40,165 bases of DNA from Chrysochromulina tobinii. Taxonomy: Eukaryota. The translations under genes were made by a program, and so were the position numbers. The notes beneath the pieces were generated by a model that had not been told where the DNA came from, searched no databases, and saw only the letters and a program-made list of their open reading frames with translations. The DNA lies in contig JWZX01002559.1 in the NCBI GenBank assembly GCA_001275005.1, positions 1 through 40,165 of the forward strand, in the 5' to 3' direction. Below, in pieces: positions 1 through 9,099 of the stretch. Position 1 is the first letter of the stretch. Every line of letters begins with the position of its first letter.

Positions 1-760
1 GCTGGTCGAAGCTGCCGGAGCACGCGCGCAACTTGCTTGCTCGTCTCACCCAGGCCGAGGGCCACCATCTCGATCTCCGCGAGCAGCGACAACTTCGCCG
101 CTGTAGGTGCTGCCGCCGCTGCTGCCGCTGCTGCCGCTGCTGCCGCTGCTGCCGCTGCTGCTGCTGCTGATGCGGCTGCTGCTGCCACGGCTGCCGGCAC
201 ATACAGTAGCTTCGCGGCCGCCCTCGCCGCCTGCAGTCGACGCGTCCTGCGCCTCCTCCTGCCGCATGCTCGCGTGGCGTGCGCGCATGCACGATCAAGG
301 ACGCCTCGGCCTGCGAGCTCGAGGTAGAGCGCAGGAGCACCTTGAAGCCACCGCGCGCCCAGCGCACGGGCACGTTGGCAGCAGACGACGCATCGCCGCT
401 CCACTGCGCGAGCTCGATGGGCACGCGCTTGAAGAGCATGCGCGCAGCCGCGAGGAGCTGTCCGGCCGCCAACCGCTCCACCAGTCGCTCTCCCGTGCGC
501 TCGAGCCTTGCCGGTGCGGCGAGGTGAGATACTCTTGCGCGACGCGCAACGAGTCGACGCGCTCGCGCGCAGCGGCCTTCTCGGTGAGCAGGCGCTGCCA
601 CAGCAACCGCAAATCGAGCATGTGCGGCGGCAGTTCAGCCAGAAGCCCGGCGGCCTCCGCCTGCAACGATGCCCACCCATCGGGCGTGCTCGGATACCCA
701 GCGTCAGCGGCCCAGACGTCAGCGGCCCAGACTCTCCCCTCGCCATCGTCATCCATCACC
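1..760 (-). pseudogene. Coding-like sequence running off the left edge, with the plausible reading frame switching at least twice (frameshifted gene, unresolved introns or sequence errors)
   Basis: Frame A reads ..LLWQRLLTEKAAARERVDSLRVAQEYL (759 to ~510). A second frame reads LERTGERLVERLAAGQLLAAARMLFKRVPIELAQW. A third reads ..poly-Ala..KLSLLAEIEMVALGLGETSKQVARVLRQL at the edge. No family recognised. Confidence 0.3.
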
Positions 761-1020
761 GAGTCATCGGATGGGCGACCCGCTCACGCCGCCCCTATGC
801 GGATGCGCATCGACAGCATGCTGTGTAGAGACTCCTGCGGCTTGGAGGCGGCCACGTTCTGCCCGCATCCTCGGAACGTCACCAGTGCTGGCCTCACCGT
901 CACACAGACCTGCGACTAAGCATGGCCCGCCATCGAGTGCGGGCACTACTGATGTGCGGGCACTACTGATGAGCAGCTCTCTCGCGAACGCGCGCGTGCA
1001 TGCAAAACGATTACTGAAAG

Positions 1021-2220
1021 TCACATGATGTCTGCCTCTTTGTGACCTGCGGCAACCACGGGTCCAGCCAGAACAAACTGCTCAGCAGCAGCAGCAGCAG
1101 CAGCACCGACAGCACCGACATATGATTCCTCCAAAACTTCGGCTGTGGCGAGTCTCTGAACTTCTGCCTCCACCTCGTCCTCCACCTCCTTCTCGCCTTC
1201 GCCGGACCACATCCACGCATCAATTGGCGTCTTGGGCACGGCGGCATCGACCTCGAGCACGTCGAGAGGGACGCTCGCGTGCTCACCATGGCGCTCACCC
1301 TCACGGCCGCCAGGTCGGCGCCCGAGCCTCTCTCGTAACAAGCCGAGGTCCTCTGCGCCGATACGCCCGCGCCAAAAGGCGGACGGCTCGGTGAGCACGT
1401 ACGCACCGAACTCGTCGGTGTGGCGCGTCGGATGGTACCCTAGATCGCGCATCCATCGGTGCAGCTTCGGCGCCCACGCTTCCTTCCACAGCGTGTGTAG
1501 CGTCTCTCGGTATCCGGTGTCAAGGGCAAACCGAGCGTGGCAGAGTTCGTGGCGAAGGGTCTCGCGCTCCCCGCGCACAAAGGAGATGACGACGTCGGGC
1601 GTGCCGCATTCGCGCCACAGCGCAAGGAAGCCCGTCTCGGCGGCACTCGCGCTCGCGCCCGCACCCGCACTCGCCAGCCGCTCGAACTCGAGAAATGTGG
1701 ATGCGTACAGGTTGTGCCCGAGGTAGCTGCTCGAGCCGAGCGTGCGCTGCGCTTCGTGGCTGACGATGCTGCCCGTCTCAGCGCCGCACAGCGTTGGGTG
1801 CTCGAGCAGCGTGCTCAGCCTGCCCAGCGTCGCGTTCATCACGCGCGCGTCACTCCACTCGACCACCGCGAGCGATCCGGCCTCTGGCCGGGCCTCCCAA
1901 CGCAGCCATCTCGTGGGCTCCGGCGCGATGCCAGCCGCCTTGCTCGCGGATCGTGCGCAAGCATATGGCTCGCCCAACGTGATGACGACCAGGCTATCGT
2001 TCTCTACGCAGCCCGTAACATGCCCGTCGCGAGGCAGCTCGATGCCAGTCGAGACCAAGAAGAGCCGTGCATCGGCCATTTCCTTCTTTTTCAGGCGCAA
2101 CTTGTTGGCAGCCAATGCAAGCACCTCGGCCGTGGCGGCATTTTCGGCTACGATCAGCACCGCTTGAGCCTGCAGCTTGCCCGGACGGGCCAAGCACACC
2201 GGCAACCGCACCTTCGCCAT
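1021..2220 (-). CDS. Hypothetical protein with an N-terminal ubiquitin-like-looking segment and a C-terminal HExxH motif (possible zinc metalloprotein)
   Basis: Likely ATG at 2220 (MAKVRLPV..); the upstream ORF extension runs through a repeat element. Motifs YLGHNLY and TLRHELCHARF..Y. Confidence 0.65.
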   Translation of the reverse strand: MAKVRLPVCLARPGKLQAQAVLIVAENAATAEVLALAANKLRLKKKEMADARLFLVSTGIELPRDGHVTGCVENDSLVVITLGEPYACARSASKAAGIAPEPTRWLRWEARPEAGSLAVVEWSDARVMNATLGRLSTLLEHPTLCGAETGSIVSHEAQRTLGSSSYLGHNLYASTFLEFERLASAGAGASASAAETGFLALWRECGTPDVVISFVRGERETLRHELCHARFALDTGYRETLHTLWKEAWAPKLHRWMRDLGYHPTRHTDEFGAYVLTEPSAFWRGRIGAEDLGLLRERLGRRPGGREGERHGEHASVPLDVLEVDAAVPKTPIDAWMWSGEGEKEVEDEVEAEVQRLATAEVLEESYVGAVGAAAAAAAEQFVLAGPVVAAGHKEADIM

Positions 2221-2297
2221 GAAAGACGAAGCCGCAGTGTGTGAGCGTGCAGTGTGAGCGTGAGCGGAGTGCGGTGTGAAGGCGGCTGATCGAGGAG

Positions 2298-2402
2298 GGC
2301 TGTGAAAATGGGGTCCAGGGGTCCCCGAGCTAGTGGTAACCGCATCCGTATGTACGCCGGTCCGGTGTCTTGGGTGTCGACTTATAACCATTGGCTCTGA
2401 AA
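2298..2402. mobile_element. Short dispersed non-autonomous element, copy 1, bounded by near-identical direct repeats GGCTGTGAAA (2298-2307) and GGCTCTGAAA (2393-2402)
   Basis: Core 2312-2373 matches the reverse complement of 28509-28570 at 59/62 nt by manual alignment. Confidence 0.8.
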
Positions 2403-2763
2403 GGAGTAAGGGCATATGAAAGCGGCCGCCCGCCCCGGCGGTCAATTCAAGTCAAGTCCTGTAATGAGTACAGTTTGTTAAAACTGTTTGGTTTGGGTAA
2501 GGGAGCCCAGCGCCCAGGCCGCGGGTCCGCGAGCTAAGACCTAAGTCGTAAGAAAGTCGAAAGTGGAAACCGCATGCGCATCGTTCGGTTAACCGATAGC
2601 GATTTGATTCGCTTACGGTGTGGCGCGTGGCCGTGGGTCGACAGTCACCGGCCCGGTGTATTTCGTTTGGTGGTGGTGTCAAGTTTCGAGCCATTGGCTG
2701 TGAAGATGATACCGTGCTGTAAGCACACAGTACACACCACTTATCTGGACATCCCTCGACGAG

Positions 2764-5700
2764 TCACGACCACGACACCGAATCTCCGGGCACCAGCACC
2801 CTCGGCAGGCCAGCGGGGCGGTGGCTGTCGCCCGCGACGGCCACAAACGCCAGTCGCAGCGGCTTGCCACTCAGGATCGCGAGCGTGTACCCCGACGCCG
2901 CGCCGCTCAGCCGCGCGACAGTCCCCGGCACGAGCACCGGCAGCTCAAAGGGGATTGGCACCTTCGGTGCGAACGTGAGGTTGCCGGAGCCGAGGGGGTT
3001 GGTGGCGTCGTAGCGCTGACCCGAGAGTGCGAAGACAACGTGCCACGCAACCATATGATAGCCATAGTGCGAGTTGGCGAGCGGTTGGCCCTCAGCGCCG
3101 TAGCCGAGGCCGCCGTGGAGAGCGACCACGTTCCACAAGTCATTGAGCGACGAGCGCCACCACGAGAACGTCGTGTTGAGCACTCCTAGCGCCTCGTCCA
3201 CGTCGCCACCGCGCCAGATGCTGAGCGTCGCCCAATTTGCATTCGCCATCATCCACACGGAGTTGTCCGAGTCGTTGTGGCCGGGGTTGGGACCTGGATA
3301 GGGGTACCGCCCCGTCTGACAGAGCAAGCCGTAGGGCGTGTCGTTCTCGCGCAGCACGGCGCGCAGGTGGGAGGTGACCTGCGCGTCGGTGGTCAGAGTG
3401 CCCAAGCCCAGAGAATCGGCAAGCACCTGCGCGTAGAGTCTCGGGGGTCATCAGAGGCCATCAGAGGTCATCAGAGGTCGTCAGAGGTCATCAGAGGTCA
3501 TCAGAGGTCATCAGAGGTCATCAGAGGTCGTCAGTGGTCGTCAGAGGTCATCAGAGGTCATCAGAGGTCGTCAGCGGTCGTCAACGGTCATGAGCGGTCC
3601 TCAACAAGCACCTGCGCGTAGAGAGCATCGGCCATGATCGCGTCGGCTCCAGTGTAACTCCGATAGAAGCTGCCCGTCGTGTTCCAGAGCAGCTCGTCCA
3701 TCGCAACCCGCCCAACCTCGAAGGCTCGTGAGCACTTAGCAGCGAAGCCGGGGTCGTCCACTGCCGGCGAGAGCGCAAGCTCGGTGGCCGCACGCATCGC
3801 CAGCAGGTGGAACAGTCCCGAGAAACAGGAGACGTTGTACTGTGCGAGGTTGAGGCCATCGTACGTGTCCACCAGCTTGTCAGGTAGCCCAAACTGGGCA
3901 GCCCGGGCGATCTGCCACTGCGCCGCGCGCTTGGCGGTTGGCCAAAGCTCCACCAGCAGATCCTCATTAGCTGTCCACTGCCAGAGCTCGAGCAGGTAGA
4001 CGATGAACATGGAGGTCACATCGCCCATGACGCGCCCACACGGTGCGTCGAGCACAGCAGGCACGCCGGTGTCACATCCGCACGCGAGCTGCTCCTGGAT
4101 CATGCCATCGTCCGTCTGTCCGCTCGCCCACGCACGCATCTTGGACGGGACGCTCTCCGGCCAGAGCATCATGTACGGCACGTGCCGTTCTCCATCATTG
4201 TGCACGCTGTCCACGTTGACGCACGCGAAGGACTCCCACTGGCGCCATCGACCGTCGCGTAGCCACATGGCGCTACGCGTGTGATGCAACGAATTGAGAA
4301 GGGAATCGCCGAGCCAGGTGGGCAACGAGCTCCGACCCTGAGTCCTCCCAGCCAGCACGTTGGCCACCTCGGCCCACGAGGCCACGTCAGCAGCGACCTC
4401 GTCGCCCTCGAGCAGCGTGCGCGCCGCCTGCTCCGAGTCGTTCACCAGACTGGTGTAGTGGTTCCCCACGTCCTTGAGCACAAAGTCACGGTGGGGAAAG
4501 AACCAGCCGAGGGAGATGGTGAGCGAGGCATTTGCGCCCGCGGGCACGCGCAGCTTGACCGCCGCGCCGCCATAGGGATCCGAAGGCTCGAAGCGCGCGC
4601 CGAGCTTGCCCACGCCCTCAAATTCCTTCCACAGCGCCGTGGGGCTGCTCGCGGTGCCCAGGCTGACCACTGGGGCTTCGCGCCTCGGGACGGCGCCATC
4701 GCCGCTCGGGACGGCGCCATTGCCGCTCGGGACGGCGCCATCGCCGCTCGGGACGGCGCCATCGCCGCTCGCGAGCATCTCGACGCTGGCCGACGCACAG
4801 ATGGACACGTTTCCGGAGGCAGCATGTGTGCCCGGGCGCGAGAGCGTGAGGCAGCGCGGGTCGGCGCCTCGTATCCAGGAGCCTTTGGTCCCGGAGGCGG
4901 CGTCGGCGATCGGCGTGTTGCGCGCGGCCGGCACGCTCGAAAAGTTGCCGTGCTGGTAGCAAGAGCCGAAGGCGAAGCTCCATGCGGAGCAGCTCGCGTT
5001 AGCGGTGCAGGCCGCGTGGCACGCGATTGCCGATGGTGGGCGTGGCACAGGCGGCGCTGGGCACTTGGTAACCGTCGACACGTTTTGGAATTTGGAAGGG
5101 TCGAAAGTCGCCTGCGGCTGGCACGTCACGTTGCCAAGCGCGGGCACGGAGGCGTTGAGATAGACGCACGGGCCAGCCCAATAGCTGCGCATCTCGCGCG
5201 CCGACAGGCAGCCCGTGCAGTCGCCCGAGTGGTCTGAGCACGACGGCTCGAAGGTGCCTAGCGATCGGATGACGCCCGTCTGCACCTGGAGAGGCAGCAA
5301 CAAGTAGAATCCCAGTTCGAGCGCGTTGGCCGTTGGGTTGGTCGCAGTGAGCGTGAAGGCGGCACCGGGAACCGCGGAACCCGCCAGGTCGCCCACGCGC
5401 CACTGGGAACGGCCGAACACGGCCAGCTCTAGCCCGACCGGTAGTGAAGGATCCGACGGCACAAGGCGCGAAAACGGCATGGCTCCCGAGAAGTCGAGAG
5501 ACGCGACGCCGGGAAGGCCGTCGGGCGGGTGCGTGCGCAGCAGGCGCGCGTTCTCGAGAAACCCGTCGTTCACCCACACGCCGAGCGCCGCGTCATCCAG
5601 CGTGCTCACCTTGGCACTGCCGGCCGGGGAGTTGTTCTCAATTGTGAAAGAGTGAAGTGTGCCGTCCGCACGCAGCTCCACCGTTCCAGCGGCGAGACCG

Positions 5701-5903
5701 CCCAATGGTGGAGCGCTCCGCATCCCGCTCGGTGGCGGGATCCACGTGACCTCACCGGTACCCGCAGCCGAAGACTTCGAGAGCCACAGGTACTCATGCG
5801 GATGTATTGGCGTAACGTCTCCGTCGGCCCAGGCCCAGATCGCCCGGATCGGGGCCTCAGGCTCCAGGTAGATGGACGGCGACGCACGCATCGAAAAGTT
5901 CAT
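2764..5903 (-). CDS. Glycoside hydrolase family 116 (non-lysosomal glucosylceramidase/GBA2-like); join(5903..3612,3426..2764); N-terminus uncertain
   Basis: GH116-type motifs PPLGGLAAGTVEL..G, GRWRQWES..VDSVH, VDTYD, LLWN.TGSFY, IMADALYAQ|VLADSLG and SHYGYHMVAW. The two ORFs join in frame by removing GT..AG intron 3611..3427. Confidence 0.85.
3427..3611 (-). other. 185-nt phase-0 GT-AG intron filled with a 10-bp tandem repeat; both splice sites lie in a 19-bp direct duplication
   Basis: CAAGCACCTGCGCGTAGAG occurs at 3420-3438 and 3605-3623. On the sense strand it reads CTCTACGCGCAG|GTGCTTG. Removing the intron restores the ORF. Confidence 0.88.
3451..3600. repeat. Minisatellite, about 15 copies of TCAGAGGTCA, degenerating toward 3600
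   Basis: Directly visible 10-bp periodicity. Confidence 0.97.
4684..4771. repeat. In-frame 21-bp tandem repeat x4 encoding SGDGAVP within GH116
   Basis: CTCGGGACGGCGCCATCGCCG repeated four times with one substitution. Confidence 0.92.
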
Positions 5904-6212
5904 GTCGGCGCCCGACGAGGCCGTGGTTGCTGAACGGCAAGCGCTTGAGTGCCTCGAGTAGAGATGGCGTGCCGCTCGCGCGCGCCGCCCCGCCGCACAG
6001 GACTAGGATGAACATGTGCTTCACTGCATCGTGTTCATATGAATACACCCATCACGTACCAACCGAAAACAAAACAAGACTCCCCTATCACCCGATCAAG
6101 TAACCGGTCCCGTGGAGTCACTCCTTAAAAGATTCACGGCACGTTTCGGAACAGGCGATGTTATAAATTCCGCATCCGATTTCCCACACATCGCTCGTGC
6201 AGCACTTTTCTT

Positions 6213-7133
6213 ATGCAGTCCGTGCTGCTTTCACGCCGCGAAGTCGACGCGCTGTACGACTGCGTGCAAGGCGTGGCCGAGGCGCTCGACACCCTCGGCG
6301 CGCGCTGGTGTCTGGTTGCCGGCTCGCTGCTGGGCGCTGTGCGCAGCGGCTCGCTGCTGTTCTGCGACGACGACGTGGACTTGGCCGTGCTCGAGGAGGA
6401 CTACCTGTCTGTGCGGTCCGAGCTGGGGACGCTGCTGCACAGCCGCGGTGTGGGCAGCCTGGTTACGAGGCCCTGGCCCGGCTCGGATCATGTGCGTCCT
6501 GCGCGCTGTACGCACATGTGGTTGGACCTCTTCGTTCTGAGGCGCTTCGAGTCACGAGAGGACCTGGCTGCGTTGCTGCGGGTCAAGGCCAACGGACAGC
6601 CGCAGCCCGCTGGCTACTGCGATGCAATCTTGGCGCGAATAGATGGCGCTTCACCGCGATTCCCACTGTGGCATTACGACAGTCGCAAGGCGATTGAGCT
6701 GTGGCCGTGCGAGTTCTTCGCGGACGCCGAGCTGCTGCCGCTGAGGCGCGACCTGCCTTTTGGCCCGCTCGCGGCGCCCTGCGTGCCGGCGCGCCCTGTT
6801 AGGCACCTGCTGCGCGCGTACGGCGCGGACGTGTTTACGACCTACCGCATCGCCGATAGTCACGTCGACTGGGTCAAGGAGCTGCGCGAGCGCGTGGCAG
6901 CGAGCGGCCTCATCCCTGGCTCCAAGGGGCGGCTTGAGGATGTGCACTTTCTCCCGGTGCAACATTCGCTGCGAGCGCGCCGCGTGGACGCGACAGACGC
7001 GTCGCGATATGGCCGCGCCAAGGTCGAAGCCTTTGTGGCGCGCGAGCTTGAGCTGGACGCAGAACACTGTGACAGACACTGTGAAGGGGCAGCTCTAGAG
7101 TTGAGGACAGAGGAGCGGCAAAGGCATCCTTGA
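6213..7133 (+). CDS. LicD/fukutin-family nucleotidyltransferase-fold protein
   Basis: AGSLLGAVRSGSLLFCDDDVDLAV (LicD GSLLG..R...DDDxD motif), WLDLF, and late LLPL..LPFG..VP..L..YG. Confidence 0.85.
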   Translation: MQSVLLSRREVDALYDCVQGVAEALDTLGARWCLVAGSLLGAVRSGSLLFCDDDVDLAVLEEDYLSVRSELGTLLHSRGVGSLVTRPWPGSDHVRPARCTHMWLDLFVLRRFESREDLAALLRVKANGQPQPAGYCDAILARIDGASPRFPLWHYDSRKAIELWPCEFFADAELLPLRRDLPFGPLAAPCVPARPVRHLLRAYGADVFTTYRIADSHVDWVKELRERVAASGLIPGSKGRLEDVHFLPVQHSLRARRVDATDASRYGRAKVEAFVARELELDAEHCDRHCEGAALELRTEERQRHP

Positions 7134-7186
7134 TTCTTGTGCTCATATGTCATATCCCGTCCGAGACTATACTGTTTCAAATATTA

Positions 7187-8470
7187 TCACCACATATCAA
7201 CAGAAAAATCAAGCGGCCCTGGATGTGGATCGAGCCTCGCTCGCCTTGCTTTCCAGTTGGCTTCGCAGGACCGGATCACATTCTCCGCTACTCGCGATTG
7301 CGGATGCATCCACAGGATGTCTGGTGCATACCTGCGCATCAATGTCAGCCGCTCCTGCATTCTCGTCGTGTTGCTCTCCTCGATTTTGATCTTGTCCTCG
7401 ATCGCCCTAATTTTATGTTTCGCAAACTCATCGGTGCCGACGATTATGGACATTTCCTTCCACGGAATATGCTTTTGAAAGCCAACCGTCGTATCCAAAA
7501 TTGAAGAGCCTAAGAAGACGTTGATCATACCTGCTTCGATCCCGTCATAGATGCGCGAGCTCACAGAATGCACGCCGTGGTCTCCTGGCCATGCCAGATT
7601 GTATTGGCACTTGAGCATGCGGGCCATGGAGGGCTTCGAGAAAGTCTGGTTGAAGTGGGCCACGCAGCCGTCTGACATGAGCTCATCCACAAAGCTGCAC
7701 GGCGACATGTAGCACGGCGAACACAGTTCGGTGACCCCGAGCACGCAAGGTCGTGGGGTTGGCTTTTTGCCGTCCGCACACGGATTTCGCCCCATGCTGA
7801 CTACGGATATTGTAGAGCTCGAGAAGACCATGTTGGAAATATTCCAATTGAACTTGACCAGATGACGACGTGGAACATATGCAACGCCTTGGCCGTGCGT
7901 TGCGCCGCCAAAGTAAACCTTGATCTTTCGGTCGTGCCAATGCGGCACGGATTCAGCTGGGTAGGCCACGAGCGGTATTGGGACCATGTTTTCCTTTGGA
8001 ATGCCCGTTTCGTGGTAGAAAATGGCAGTTGTGATCTGCTTCCCCCAGCACATGTTGCGCATGAGAGCATCATATGATTTTGTGGGTGCGTGGCAGTCTG
8101 TCAAGACCATGATGTGATCTGACCCCTTCCTGCGCCGGTACCACGGCGATGCCTCAAGGAAGCTTGTGAGGAAGTTGACGTTGCGTTTGGTGGCGTTTTC
8201 TCCGCCGCAAAGGCCGCGTGCATTCAGGCCTAGGTAGGCGGCTACGACGAATGTGCTCGCCTTGGCGGGGTCTTGTGTACGCCGTGGGTGTTGTGCAAGG
8301 TGCAACGGCCATAAAATCTCTGCACCGTGCTGATACAAGCTGGGCTCAAGTGGACTCTGGTCCGTGCCTGCGACCGAACTGAGTCGAGATGTGACCGACT
8401 TGTTGCACGCGGCGTTGAAGTAGCTCCACGTCTCCTCGTACATGTAGAATGGCGCGATGATTGCCGCCAT
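7187..8470 (-). CDS. Exostosin-like glycosyltransferase (GT47)
   Basis: RTQDPAKASTFVV, PWYRRRKGSDHIMV, VYFGG, PGD....SSRIYDGIEAG and F..IPW motifs. Confidence 0.78.
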   Translation of the reverse strand: MAAIIAPFYMYEETWSYFNAACNKSVTSRLSSVAGTDQSPLEPSLYQHGAEILWPLHLAQHPRRTQDPAKASTFVVAAYLGLNARGLCGGENATKRNVNFLTSFLEASPWYRRRKGSDHIMVLTDCHAPTKSYDALMRNMCWGKQITTAIFYHETGIPKENMVPIPLVAYPAESVPHWHDRKIKVYFGGATHGQGVAYVPRRHLVKFNWNISNMVFSSSTISVVSMGRNPCADGKKPTPRPCVLGVTELCSPCYMSPCSFVDELMSDGCVAHFNQTFSKPSMARMLKCQYNLAWPGDHGVHSVSSRIYDGIEAGMINVFLGSSILDTTVGFQKHIPWKEMSIIVGTDEFAKHKIRAIEDKIKIEESNTTRMQERLTLMRRYAPDILWMHPQSRVAENVIRSCEANWKARRARLDPHPGPLDFSVDMW

Positions 8471-9099
8471 GGCCCCTCGCCGAAAGCGCCGAACGACGCG
8501 AAGCGCCTACCGGTACCGGTACCGGTAAAAAGACACCGGGGAGCCGGGGCGGGTTCGCTCGGGGCGTGGACAACACACGACAGTCAAGAGAGGACTACTG
8601 GCTAACTTTGACAGCGGGCGGTTAGACCTCTCACACTAGCTCCTAAGTTTCCGTGTTTCCGTACCGCGTGTACGAAGCTCGAAGGTACAACAGATGAATC
8701 AGAAGATAATGCAGAATCAGCTGCTCGGTTTAAGTTTAGTTCATAAGCCATGTCATACACTAAGTTAAAACTACACACGAATCACGAATGCTCAATACAA
8801 GTACGTACAGTAGGGCATGCACATGCATGGTGTTGTTTAACACCGTTGAGGAACAGGGGTTCGATCCAGGGGCAACACGCCAAGGTCAGCGACGCCATCA
8901 CCAGAGGCACTCCCAAATGAGCCGTCGCATGCCACGGTTGAACACAGATTCCTAAAAGGGGCGGCGTGGGGTTTGCGGAAAGCTCAGCGCGGGCGATGCC
9001 CTGAGCACTCCGGTTTCGCTCACGCTCGAGTATGACGCCGGGTGCACGCGCTCGTCACCCTGAGCAGCTGTGCCACCCCCAACGTCCCACGCCAGCGCG

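Noticed and set aside
2312..2390. Functional tRNA gene
   Set aside because: D-loop-like TAGTGGTAA is present, but there is no acceptor stem or canonical GTTCRA T-arm in either copy.
2221..2445. N-terminal extension of ORF 1021..2445
   Set aside because: It runs through the dispersed repeat and UTR-like sequence, and the same peptide appears in the spurious ORF at 28218..28598.
2688..2705. Dinoflagellate spliced-leader relic (AGCCATTGGCT.. versus AGCCATTTTGGCTCAAG)
   Set aside because: Only partial similarity, the motif occurs in both orientations relative to genes, and gene structure is not dinoflagellate-like.
3451..3600. CRISPR array, hammerhead ribozyme or C/D snoRNA (the unit contains CTGATGA)
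   Set aside because: Contiguous 10-bp units without spacers; no hammerhead GAAA or stems; no guide structure.
8855..8870. tRNA suggested by GGTTCGATCC
   Set aside because: Isolated B-box-like word; the T-stem does not close and there is no cloverleaf.
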